A stretch of DNA of 38,264 nucleotides from Rickettsiales bacterium (GTDB taxonomy: Bacteria; Pseudomonadota; Alphaproteobacteria; Rickettsiales; UBA1997). The DNA lies in contig CANKYC010000001.1 in NCBI GenBank assembly GCA_947487845.1, positions 1-38,264 of the forward strand, given 5' to 3'. Position numbers and translations under genes: made by a program. Shown here in pieces: positions 17,501-25,697 of the stretch. The number at the start of each line of letters is the position of its first letter. Positions within the stretch are counted from its first letter, which is position 1. The notes under the pieces were generated by a model. That model saw only the letters and a list, made by a program, of their open reading frames with translations. It was not told the origin of the DNA and made no database searches.

Positions 17501-20500
17501 TGTTTCCAACGTCAGATTGGGCATTGGTTCTTGCTGGCAACGAAGCAATTGTCCAGAATGATAATAATGTTATGCGGGTGATGATGTTAATGGTCCAGAC
17601 TTCATCCCAGCAAATTTTGTAACCAAGTGAAAGTTTAATAACTTCATACATTAACATGTTGAAGAAGGCGAGAGTGGTGAGTAAGAAAATTTGTTGTAGC
17701 GAGAAGCCAATCAACTGCTTTAGCCAATTGTCAAACATTTCCTTGGTCTGATTAAAGAGTGTAAATATGAGGAATATTGGACCTAAAGTGAAGAGGATTG
17801 AGATAAATACCTGCGCGGTTAGATAGAGTAGTACGGCATTTGCAACTGAGTAAACATAAAGCATGAAGCTTTGATAGATGATGATTAAGTAGGCCCAACC
17901 GAAGATGCTGGCAAATAACAAAGCGGAAACTTTTTTCTGAACAGCTTGAGAAAAGAACATGCTGAAAACATTATCGACGCTGCTGAAAAGAACAGATTTA
18001 TCATAATAGTCACTATTGGCTATTGCGTCAGAGACGGCGTGATTACTTGAATCATCAAAGGATGAGGCCATCATGAAGGCGAGGTAGTCGGTACCATTTT
18101 TAAAGAACCTCACTACTAAATTGTTGAACCAGTCCCAACCTGTTTCGCCAATAAAGAGATAGATTACGCCGATCTTGATAATGCGATTAATAATCTCGGA
18201 GTGATTTAATTCACTAGTTCCCATTAGATAGCCAACGCCGTAAAAGCTAAACATCACTACGAAGCACATGGTTACGATGGCCTTGAATCTGGCATCAGCA
18301 ATGACCAGTTTATAAACTCTTTCTGCCTGACCAACGCTCGCTTTTTTACAATAATATTGTTTAGCGCAACTATTGCCATCGCTTAAAACGCAGGTGGCGC
18401 CGGTGTTAGATGCGCTTACGGAATATAAAGGATTATTAGTTCTTACGCCATCATTTGAGATAATGCTGCCAGTCGTGCTGCAGTTACGTAATTTTGGACC
18501 ATCCATAACTTCAATTACAGGAGTAATAACTCCGCCAATAATGCTAGAAATACTGCCGCCAGACTCGTTTTTTACTTTAACGTTAACAAAATATGAGCCG
18601 CTATTATTCGCATATTTATTGGCGCAGTAATATTGTTTCGTGCAGGTTTTGGCAGTTAATTCAGAGGCGCTACAAGTTTTATTAGTATTTGGAAGATTTG
18701 AAGCGCACCCGCCAGTAGGTGTCGGATAACCGTCGTTTTCAACGCTAGAAGAATCAGTTTTGCAGCTACTTGGGTTATAAGCTGGATTTGAAAGCTTTCT
18801 GCCATCGGCTGATGTTCCAGTAGCAACAGCTCCGCTAGAGATATTACAATTGGTAACTTCAGGATCCAGAATCTTGAAAGTCAGTCTTAATTTTTGGATT
18901 GAGTTTTCAATAGAACTCTGTTCATTCTTTGATTTTGCTTTGAGGGTAGAGGAAGAAAAATAGTTATCAGTATGGCAGTAAAAATTAGCGCCGGCGACTG
19001 ATGCAACGCCATTATTATTTGCAGTACAGTCTCTGGTAGCTCCGTTAACAACTAAAAGATTATTATTAATGCGTATGATATTGCCATAGCCATCAAATCC
19101 ATAACTTGTTGAAATATCTGGTGGAGTTCCCGCTGGTGTTGTGCTGGTGGGTGGAGTAATCTCAATTAATTTTGGTTGACCATCAAGAGAAATGGGATCG
19201 GAGTTTTTGCAAAGTAAACCGGTATCATTTTCTAAGCATAACCTTCCTTGCAACCATTGACCGTTAGAAAAATCAAGCATCCCAGATAGGCTGATTTTAA
19301 AACCATTGGAGCCAGTATAAGAGCTACCAATTCCAGTATTGTTGGTGTAGGCATCTTTGTCGTTAAAATCAGAACCATCGAGCATAAAAAATCTTAATCT
19401 ACCTTCTGTTCCAAAAGTCAGGGGTTGCTTGAGTTGGAAAATCTTATTATTCCCCTTTGAATCAGTGGTTCCAGAATCAACAAAGTTTTCAAGATTTCCA
19501 TAACTGCCATTAAACGCACCGATTTTGGCAAGACCTTTGGTTATGTTTGGCTTTGCAAGATCTGCGTCAGTATATCCGTTATTAGGAATCAAAGACACTT
19601 TGCTGGTATAATTTTCCAAGTCGTAACATTGAATCATGTCAGATAAAGCAATTTTACCCGATAGACCAGCATTAGTTTTCATCTTCTCCGAGCAGGCAGC
19701 GCAGGTTGCAGAAGTGATAGTAGAAGTGTAGGAATCTGAAGGGCAGGCGGTTGCGGTTGGAGCTATTAATGTGCAGGTTCCTTTTTGATAAAGAGGAGAA
19801 ACGCCGTCAGGGCAAGTTATAGTTGATTGACAGCCGGTAAGCGGACAATAATTAGTTGTAGATACACTATTAGAGCATTCACTAGCATATGCCTTACAAC
19901 CGATTAATGTTCCGCTACTATTATAATCTTGATTGCATGCTGTATTTAAAACATAATCAGTGGCCATTCCTTTGCAAAGCAATGCTGGTCTTGGTTCGAT
20001 CATCATTGCCATTCCAATACCGCATTGGCGGTTTCCAGCGCCTGTCGTCCAGGTTCCATCCCAACTCTTAGGTGAGAAGCGGATTATTTGTCCTTTTCTA
20101 ACAAAAGATAAATTTGACCAACTAGGCGTTGTTGCAGTCGTGATTGATGCGGGTACGTTTAAATTAGCAAGAGGATCTTTGGATGATGAAGGTGTCGTAG
20201 CGAAATTATCATATTCGTAAATGTCATTATTGGCAAAAGTTCCTTCTGGATTCATGATGCGAGCCTGAATTTTGCAAGTACCGCTGCCGTTAAGCATGGT
20301 AAATTTGACAAAACCAGATTTTTGCATTTTTAATTCGTGGTATTTATTAAATTTAACCCCAATGCCTTTGCCACAACTGCCAGAGGTTGTAAGTTTTGCG
20401 ACCGAAAGTTTTTTTCCGCCTTCAAGTGGAATTTCTACATCATCGCTCCAACGGTCATTTGTAACTGCGGTTGAGTAAGGAACTCCGTTACTATCCGTAA

Positions 20501-21749
20501 CTACTAACGTAACATTGCAGGAAGAGTTGCCAGTTAGAGACTTGAATGAAACTCGGAAAGCGGTATCAGAAGTAGGATTTTGAATTTCGACTGAATTAGC
20601 AGAAAGATCTCCAAGAATTTTCCCTGAAGTTGCCGGAGTGGAATCTATGTTGGTGCAGATTCCTGTGGTGGTATTACAACTTGTGCCAGGGAAAAGGTTG
20701 TCGGCGAAAGAAGTTAAATTATCTCCGGTCCAACGAATAATACCGCCATAAGATGTCAGAATATCGGTTGCGGCAGAAGAAGATAAAGGAAATGCAGCTA
20801 TGGCTAAAGAGTTATCAGCCCTAGTATATCCAGCTGGAGAAGCGGTGTAAGGATTGGTGGTTTTATTGTGACAATTTGCTTCGGTTAAATTACTGCCAGT
20901 ATAGTCGCAAGTCCAAGCTAGGGCATCAGGTAAAAGTGGAGCTCCTTTGGTTCCGGATTGTTCGCTTGATTGAGAAACGTCAAAACTATAACCCGCTGGA
21001 TGAGGAATCACGTAAGCAATAATTCTGCGTGCGCCAATATAAGTAGCATTGCTAATTGCTCCGGCTCCAGAACCTAAGGTATTAGTGCCATCATACCACA
21101 AACCGCTAAAATTCAAATTAATAGTTTGTCCGTTTCTGACGTCAAAAAATACATCATTAGATCCACTTGACCAATCTTCTTTTTTTGCATGAGGAATATT
21201 ATTAGTAGCTTGAACGTGGATAGGATTATAATCTATGGTATCACCTAAATGGATTGTTCCCACTGCGCGTATAATGATTTCTGATCCGGGTCTTATTGTA
21301 ACGCCACTATTTGCAGTAGATGATCTTTTGTCAGTTGAAACCCAATTTGGCTCAGGATCTCCAGCTTCGGTGCCAGACAAACAGCTCTGTAAGCAGCCAG
21401 CAACGCATAAATTTTTATAAGTAGCATCGGTAAAACCAGCGCAGCCGCTAGAGCTTGTTCTAGGAAGACCGGCTTCATTATAAATTGTGGTGCTACCACT
21501 AGTAAAACATGTTTTAACTCCGCTACCTTGAGTTGAATCAGTTATTTCTTTCGACCCATCATAAGTACATTTTTCTTGTTGAGAGTTGGCGGAAACTTCG
21601 ATTGTTTGGCTTTCATATTCACCAAAATCATCGGCATCAATACAACCTTGATCAGTGCAGGAAGAAGAAAGGGCAAAAAATAGCAATAAAACTACTGTCT
21701 TGGCGAAGATTTTCTGATGCTGGATTTTTTTAAACCAATTCTTGATCAA
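14577..21749 (-). CDS. Giant (2390-aa) TrbL/VirB6-like membrane protein with a large Cys-rich N-terminal ectodomain and a repetitive hydrophilic C-terminal tail
   Basis: Single uninterrupted ORF with a TTG start and no upstream ATG. The N-terminal signal peptide is KIFAKTVVLLLFFALSSSC. Residues ~1155-1465 are polytopic and include LFTLGPIFLIFTLFNQTKEMFDNWLKQLIGFSLQQIF, which I recognise as VirB6/TrbL-like. The tail is K/A/E/G-rich with 39-aa repeats. Confidence 0.75.
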   Translation of the reverse strand: MIKNWFKKIQHQKIFAKTVVLLLFFALSSSCTDQGCIDADDFGEYESQTIEVSANSQQEKCTYDGSKEITDSTQGSGVKTCFTSGSTTIYNEAGLPRTSSSGCAGFTDATYKNLCVAGCLQSCLSGTEAGDPEPNWVSTDKRSSTANSGVTIRPGSEIIIRAVGTIHLGDTIDYNPIHVQATNNIPHAKKEDWSSGSNDVFFDVRNGQTINLNFSGLWYDGTNTLGSGAGAISNATYIGARRIIAYVIPHPAGYSFDVSQSSEQSGTKGAPLLPDALAWTCDYTGSNLTEANCHNKTTNPYTASPAGYTRADNSLAIAAFPLSSSAATDILTSYGGIIRWTGDNLTSFADNLFPGTSCNTTTGICTNIDSTPATSGKILGDLSANSVEIQNPTSDTAFRVSFKSLTGNSSCNVTLVVTDSNGVPYSTAVTNDRWSDDVEIPLEGGKKLSVAKLTTSGSCGKGIGVKFNKYHELKMQKSGFVKFTMLNGSGTCKIQARIMNPEGTFANNDIYEYDNFATTPSSSKDPLANLNVPASITTATTPSWSNLSFVRKGQIIRFSPKSWDGTWTTGAGNRQCGIGMAMMIEPRPALLCKGMATDYVLNTACNQDYNSSGTLIGCKAYASECSNSVSTTNYCPLTGCQSTITCPDGVSPLYQKGTCTLIAPTATACPSDSYTSTITSATCAACSEKMKTNAGLSGKIALSDMIQCYDLENYTSKVSLIPNNGYTDADLAKPNITKGLAKIGAFNGSYGNLENFVDSGTTDSKGNNKIFQLKQPLTFGTEGRLRFFMLDGSDFNDKDAYTNNTGIGSSYTGSNGFKISLSGMLDFSNGQWLQGRLCLENDTGLLCKNSDPISLDGQPKLIEITPPTSTTPAGTPPDISTSYGFDGYGNIIRINNNLLVVNGATRDCTANNNGVASVAGANFYCHTDNYFSSSTLKAKSKNEQSSIENSIQKLRLTFKILDPEVTNCNISSGAVATGTSADGRKLSNPAYNPSSCKTDSSSVENDGYPTPTGGCASNLPNTNKTCSASELTAKTCTKQYYCANKYANNSGSYFVNVKVKNESGGSISSIIGGVITPVIEVMDGPKLRNCSTTGSIISNDGVRTNNPLYSVSASNTGATCVLSDGNSCAKQYYCKKASVGQAERVYKLVIADARFKAIVTMCFVVMFSFYGVGYLMGTSELNHSEIINRIIKIGVIYLFIGETGWDWFNNLVVRFFKNGTDYLAFMMASSFDDSSNHAVSDAIANSDYYDKSVLFSSVDNVFSMFFSQAVQKKVSALLFASIFGWAYLIIIYQSFMLYVYSVANAVLLYLTAQVFISILFTLGPIFLIFTLFNQTKEMFDNWLKQLIGFSLQQIFLLTTLAFFNMLMYEVIKLSLGYKICWDEVWTINIITRITLLSFWTIASLPARTNAQSDVGNIGNPEGIPSLFSILFIWVIASLMNKFIGFMTDLAASISGGLSASSLGKGIADAAKAVSDIAEKGRKDLWNKTGGQVMQRMDKALFDSGAMADKERNTRKANNAKDFSNKNSMAKAGNKAKNDYIDKNKVALSGMSKEEQRKTLKSVEDAAQTKAGKDLGLNDKDIDRLKNDKGSKFEGDTLGGAAASALKQRFMGGKTLNESLSEKSSDLKLTQAQAAGKGLNAEDAKTLKDNIAKGNVDVEKNTAAKLSDAAKTVSGAAGAVGGAIGGAAKAASETSVGKAIGGAASSVASGAASATSSAATLMSPTAKGAEARNEAGKAISGAISSAATGAKNTASGAATLMSPTAKGAEARNEAGKAIGGAISSAASSAATGAKNAASSAATSAGNAISGAATGAKNTAVGAAKLVSSGEEGAAARKEAGKAIGGAISEVGKAGSGALKMAAGAAKSVGSAISSAPDMAEKMADPKGYEATKQLEKEGAILPMAAGTNFARPDEEKKMIQDRVKQNENEKKSEIKTPDLNTMTGIAKEEAYNKEIAAIDPNARLSEQIGARMSAAAKRYNPMGKQGSEIKKETQKDLLKAAKEQGKEKLAAVKGEKGKLEKGRATAMKDYDKASGEVEAYKNTPEFTERAELVKELTEKAKKTHEGFSTGKRIFDDAARKEDKEARKAQSQLRQMGGAEDPKLAELTKKQNLAGAAVRQIDTKLENIEEKLKATEEFDAAATTASEISEEGQQRADLLDNAELLDNKEEELKKSEETTAGAPTAGASTASVSATSGASKEAPKNKNITNFKDKKTGAVQTIGDKKTAATNKITKAKGEKDSAAQDRPPLMKRIADKLKGKPLDPKEQDYQNAVKEEKEGQKELKDATRLGKAVKKADALSNQARELMKKEDSARDPDPKNQTPHSGAYQRAEKLVKEYDSLESPEDAEKFVQEQEKRSKAIAKASKGLDSPEEFKKFVKRFDGDKDKDEDK

Positions 21750-21847
21750 GACTAGAGACTATTTGCTGGGGGATTATTTTGAATAAAATTTAAAGGAATG
21801 CTAAAAACAGCAAGAACTTAATCAAGCTAAAACTTAGCTCTAATTAA

Positions 21848-21994
21848 GGTAATTATACCTTGATTCACAAAAAAACTCGATGTCACCCTAAGTTTGTCGA
21901 AGGGTGATTCTAAGATCGAAGCCTTAAATCACCCTTCGACAAGCTCAGGGTGACATCTATTGTGTCTTAGGACAGGCTCTAAGGGATAATCACC
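21848..21994. mobile_element. Family-A element, copy A3, inverted relative to A1
   Basis: ggtaattataccttgattcacaaaaaaactcgatgtcacccta...gggtgacatctattgtgtcttag[gacaggctct]aagggataatcacc is the reverse complement of A1 plus a ~10-11-nt internal duplication. Its flanks (ctaattaa / aattttcg) show no target-site duplication. Confidence 0.8.
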
Positions 21995-22039
21995 AATTTT
22001 CGGCATAATTAGGCGCTGTTAACTAACTAATTTTATTCC

Positions 22040-22503
22040 ATATTTCGCCCCCGCCGCAGGATGGGATTTATAATCCCGTTCTCATTTTCATGTAGAACTT
22101 AAATTGAGGAAATGAAATTTTAGATTGGGTTTACAAACCCAGTTCAGCGCAGATTCTGACTTGGAAAAAACCCCTCACCCCAACCCTCTCCCGCAAGGGG
22201 AGAGGGGGTTAAACCGAGTTGGATTCATTCGCATTCTAACAAGAAGAAAAGTTAAACCGAGTTGGATTCACTCGCATTCTAACAAGAAGAAGAGTTAAAC
22301 CGAGTTGGATTTGCTCCCTCTCCCATTGCGGGAGAGGGTTGGGGTGAGGGGTTTTTATGTTCAGCAAAACCAATCTAAAATGTTTTTTAACTGGCTGTTT
22401 TTTCGAGTTTTCTTGGCGGCTTAAAACCAACGCGGCGGGTTTTCTTCGCGATTTTAAAAAATTTACATCGAAAAAATTAATCGAAAATATTGCCGAATTT
22501 TAG
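22040..22503 (+). pseudogene. Degraded IS200/IS605-family (Y1, RayT-like) transposase remnant, split by composite element D2
   Basis: The 3' piece (22441-22500) reads FLRDFKKFTSKKLIENIAEF*, which matches the ..LSDILRDFKKFTSKKII.. block I recall from ~180-aa Y1 transposases. The 5' piece (~22059-22115) reads GWDL*SRSHFHVELKLRK*, resembling ..GLELYAW..MSNHVHLIARAKEG... There are stops and indels, and no N-terminus. Confidence 0.4.
22166..22355. repeat. Composite element D2. GC-rich hairpin arms enclose ~2.4 copies of a 43-bp tandem repeat.
   Basis: The arms are aaaaacccctcaccccaaccctctcccgcaaggggagaggg and ccctctcccattgcgggagagggttggggtgaggggttttt. The inner unit is gttaaaccgagttggattcaytcgcattctaacaagaagaara. 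The architecture matches D1, and the inner unit shares taaaccga.. with the reverse complement of D1. Confidence 0.8.
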
Positions 22504-22537
22504 CCGCATGTTCATGCAAAACTTAAATTAACGAATA

Positions 22538-22672
22538 TCACATCTCATCCGAAACCTTATCAAATTTCGGGCGTTTTTCATCTTTTAAATGTTCAAGCGG
22601 GCCTTTTTTGCCGCAAGCGGTAAAAGCAAAAAGTGCAATTAAAACTAAACAAAAAATCGATTTAATTTTCAT
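22538..22672 (-). CDS. lptM: Small (44-aa) lipoprotein, LptM/YifL-like; not in the supplied ORF track
   Basis: My own translation gives MKIKSIFCLVLIALFAFTACGKKGPLEHLKDEKRPKFDKVSDEM. It has a signal peptide, a lipobox Cys and the CG.KGPL motif of YifL/LptM. It starts 4 nt after the argH stop on the same strand. Confidence 0.55.
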   Translation of the reverse strand: MKIKSIFCLVLIALFAFTACGKKGPLEHLKDEKRPKFDKVSDEM

Positions 22673-22675
22673 AAT

Positions 22676-24067
22676 TTATTTCAAAAATTTTTTAGCTTTT
22701 GCGATTTCTTCTTTCACTCTAACTTGCGAAGTGCCGCCAATTGAGGTGCGGCTGGCAACGGAATTTTCAACTGATAAAACTTCAAAAATTTTCCCTGTAA
22801 TTTTTTTCTCAACTTTTTGCATTTCAGAAAGTTTTAATTCGTGCAAATCTAAACCTTTATTTTCAGCAATTTTTACCAAAGTTCCCGTAACATGATGGGC
22901 GTCGCGGAAAGGCATTTTTAAATTTTTTACCAACCAATCAGCCAAATCGGTTGCGGTTGAATAGCCGCTTGCCGCCATTTTTAACATATTTTCCTGATTC
23001 ACTTTCATATCGGCAATCATACCCGACATTGCGCGCAGGCAAAGGCGCGAATTTTTGGAAGCGTCAAATACCGGCTCTTTGTCTTCTTGCATGTCCTTGG
23101 AATAAGTGAGAGTAAGGCCTTTAATAGTTGTAAGTAGTGAAATTAATGAACCAAAAATGCGACCTGATTTGCCGCGAATTAATTCTGCAGCATCAGGATT
23201 TTTCTTTTGCGGCATGATTGAAGAGCCGGAAGTAAAGGCGTCGGAAAGTTTGATGAATTCAAAACCTTTACTCATCCAAATTACAATTTCTTCGGCGAGG
23301 CGCGATAAATGGGTGGCGATTAGCGAAAGGCAAAAAAGAAATTCAATTGCAAAATCGCGATCGGAAACTGAATCCATTGAATTGGCGGTTGGGCGGTCAA
23401 AACCAAGTTCTTTAGCGACGAAAATACGATCAATCGGAAATGACGTTCCAGCCAACGCACAAGCGCCCAGAGGACATTCATTCATTCTGACGCGCAAATC
23501 TTTTAAGCGCGAAAGATCGCGTTTAAACATTTCAAAATAGGCCAATAAATGATGCGAAAAAAGTACCGGTTGCGCAACTTGTAAATGGGTGAATCCGGGT
23601 AAAATTACGCTTAAATTTTCACCAGCTTTTTTGACCAGATTTTTTTGCAAATCTAAAAGCAATTGCGAAATTTCATCAATTTCATCGCGCACAAAAAGAC
23701 GAAAATCTACCGCAACTTGATCATTGCGCGAGCGCGCGGTGTGAAGTTTGCCAGCGGTGTCGCCAATAATTTCTCTTAAACGAGATTCGATATTCATGTG
23801 AATATCTTCAAGTTCGATTTTGAAATTAAAATTGTTGGATTCGATTTCTTTTTCGATTTTTTTTAAGTTGGTAATAATTTTTTCTGATTCAGCTTTTGTA
23901 AGTACGCCAATTTTCGCCAGCATTTTGGCATGCGCTGTTGAGCCTTTAACATCTTGTTTGTAAAGCTTTTTATCAAATGTGATTGACTGATTAATTTCTT
24001 GCATCAAGTCGGAAGGCTTGTCATCAAAGCGCCCGCCCCACATTTTGTTAGATGATTTTTTCTGCAT
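22676..24067 (-). CDS. argH: Argininosuccinate lyase
   Basis: 463 aa. MWGGRF..., [13 protein letters not shown] and [12 protein letters not shown] are fumarase/ASL superfamily signatures. Confidence 0.95.
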   Translation of the reverse strand: MQKKSSNKMWGGRFDDKPSDLMQEINQSITFDKKLYKQDVKGSTAHAKMLAKIGVLTKAESEKIITNLKKIEKEIESNNFNFKIELEDIHMNIESRLREIIGDTAGKLHTARSRNDQVAVDFRLFVRDEIDEISQLLLDLQKNLVKKAGENLSVILPGFTHLQVAQPVLFSHHLLAYFEMFKRDLSRLKDLRVRMNECPLGACALAGTSFPIDRIFVAKELGFDRPTANSMDSVSDRDFAIEFLFCLSLIATHLSRLAEEIVIWMSKGFEFIKLSDAFTSGSSIMPQKKNPDAAELIRGKSGRIFGSLISLLTTIKGLTLTYSKDMQEDKEPVFDASKNSRLCLRAMSGMIADMKVNQENMLKMAASGYSTATDLADWLVKNLKMPFRDAHHVTGTLVKIAENKGLDLHELKLSEMQKVEKKITGKIFEVLSVENSVASRTSIGGTSQVRVKEEIAKAKKFLK

Positions 24068-24113
24068 GATTGTTTAAAAAATAGAATTTTCTTGTACCAA
24101 ACTAAAAATCTAT

Positions 24114-24272
24114 TGCGGATGCGCGGTTTTATTCCGCGCGTAGCAACTAAGGTGATTATCTCTTAAGACACAATAGATGTCACCCTTCGACAAACTCAGG
24201 GTGACATCGAGTTTTTTTGTGAATCAAGGGATAATTACCGCAACTAAATTTAAACAAAGTTTGAATTTAAAT
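24114..24272. repeat. Family-E repeat, copy E2, interrupted by family-A copy A4
   Basis: tgcggatgcgcggttttattccgcgcgtagcaactaa [A4] gcaactaaatttaaacaaagtttgaatttaa. Compare the uninterrupted E1 at 10701-10772. Confidence 0.55.
24151..24239. mobile_element. Family-A element, copy A4 (one hairpin arm deleted, 89 bp)
   Basis: ggtgattatctcttaagacacaatagatgtcacccttcgacaaactcagggtgacatcgagtttttttgtgaatcaagggataattacc. The 8-bp direct repeat gcaactaa lies at 24143-24150 and 24240-24247. Confidence 0.8.
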
Positions 24273-24353
24273 ATTAAAGAATGGAAAATTTTAAATAAAA
24301 GTTTTTAATCACTTAACTCTCTTTTTAAAAACCTCTCCAAAACCAATAAAATC

Positions 24354-25517
24354 ATGGATAGCTGGGATATTCAATCCAACACTATATTCGATCGTCGCTA
24401 CCTTAATATTTTAAAAAAATGGTGGATCGATATTGATAAAATAAATTTTCTGATCGTGCTTGGAATCATCATTTTCGGCTTGATGATGACCGCAACTTCA
24501 AGTCCGGCGATCGCTAAAAAAATCAACGTTGATAAGTTTTTCTTTTTAAAAAAGCAGATGATTTTTGCTGCCATTGCCTTGGTTTTGTTGGTGGGAATTT
24601 CTTTTTTGGATCAACAAAAAATCAAGGTTTTTGCCTCAATTGCGTTACTTGCAACAATCATGCTTTTGATTATGGTTTTGTTTTTTGGCTCCGAAGCTAA
24701 GGGCGCAAAAAGATGGATTTCAATTTTGGGTTTTACGCTACAACCGTCTGAGTTTGCCAAGACGTTTTTTATTATTTGCAACGCTTTCATTTTACAGCGT
24801 CTTCATTTCGCAGATTGGAAACAGAAATATGGAATTTCGATCGCGCTTTATTTTATAATTCTTTGTTTGCTCCTACTCCAGCCTGACTTTGGTATGACTT
24901 TAACTTTAACAGTTTTATGGGTAGTGCAACTTTTTGCTTACGGTTTACCGCTGCAATTTATTTGTGGAATTGCGGTTTTAGGCGTATTTGGCGGTATTGG
25001 AGCTTATCTCGCTTTTCCTCACGTTGAAGATCGCATCAATAAATTTTTGGATTCTGGCGAAAAAAATTATCAGGCTGAAAGATCCATCGATGCCTTCGTG
25101 AATGGCTCTTTCTTTGGCACGGGTCCGGGAAATGGAGTTGTAAAAAAATTCATTCCTGATGCTCATACCGATTTTATTTTTGCCGTTGTCGGTGAAGAAT
25201 ATGGCATAATTTCCTGTGCAATTCTGGTGATAATTTTTGCTTATTTAATCACGCGTATAATCAAAAGAGCGTTGGATGAAGAGGATATGTTTGTATATCT
25301 TTCTTTATGCGGATTGATGATGCAATTTACGATGCAGGTTGTGGTGAATATTGGCGTTAGTTTAAAACTACTTCCGACGAAAGGGATGACGCTTCCGTTC
25401 ATTAGTTACGGTGGTTCGTCAATGATGTCGATGGCGATTTGTTTTGGATTGATATTGGCTTTTACAAAGCGGAAATATCATCGCGATGTGGATTATGGGA
25501 ATTTGAAGTTGATGTAG
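24354..25517 (+). CDS. ftsW: SEDS-family peptidoglycan glycosyltransferase (FtsW/RodA family, FtsW-like)
   Basis: 387 aa with ~10 TM segments. It has RWISILGFTLQPSEFAK, PDFG, HTDFIFAVVGEE.G and LLPTKGMTLPFISYGGSS motifs. The FtsW-versus-RodA assignment is tentative. Confidence 0.8.
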   Translation: MDSWDIQSNTIFDRRYLNILKKWWIDIDKINFLIVLGIIIFGLMMTATSSPAIAKKINVDKFFFLKKQMIFAAIALVLLVGISFLDQQKIKVFASIALLATIMLLIMVLFFGSEAKGAKRWISILGFTLQPSEFAKTFFIICNAFILQRLHFADWKQKYGISIALYFIILCLLLLQPDFGMTLTLTVLWVVQLFAYGLPLQFICGIAVLGVFGGIGAYLAFPHVEDRINKFLDSGEKNYQAERSIDAFVNGSFFGTGPGNGVVKKFIPDAHTDFIFAVVGEEYGIISCAILVIIFAYLITRIIKRALDEEDMFVYLSLCGLMMQFTMQVVVNIGVSLKLLPTKGMTLPFISYGGSSMMSMAICFGLILAFTKRKYHRDVDYGNLKLM

Positions 25518-25585
25518 AAAAAATTCTTAAACGCCTATTTTCGGCCTTCGCCTATTCTATTCGACTATTCTAGACTACCTTTTTT

Positions 25586-25672
25586 CCGTAACCCTTAACT
25601 TGTTTCAGGATCTGATACTATACCAAAACATAAATTAAGAATAAACCCTGAAACAAGTTCAGAATGACGGGG
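25586..25672. repeat. Family-B palindromic element, copy B2 (intergenic, most complete)
   Basis: ccgtaacccttaacttgtttcagg ... ccctgaaacaagttcagaatgacgg form ~24-bp imperfect inverted arms around an AT-rich loop. Confidence 0.75.
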
Positions 25673-25697
25673 TGCGTGAGGATTGTGAATTTTATAT

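Noticed and set aside
14974-17622. Several 60-146-aa ORFs on the plus strand inside the giant gene (e.g. 14974-15300, 16609-16857, 16929-17369, 17290-17622)
   Set aside because: They are antisense to a long, continuous, compositionally coherent ORF. They fall in its low-complexity Ala/Lys-rich part, where the opposite strand is stop-poor by composition.
1977-21994. Inversion of the ~19.7-kb segment between the oppositely oriented A1 and A3 copies
   Set aside because: A1 retains an intact 8-bp target duplication on both sides, which an A1 x A3 inversion would have split. A3 lacks a duplication, but that alone does not show inversion.
22236-22430. 64-aa minus-strand ORF (..NPLPQWEREQ..)
   Set aside because: It lies entirely within composite repeat D2, so it is a translation of the hairpin arm and tandem units.
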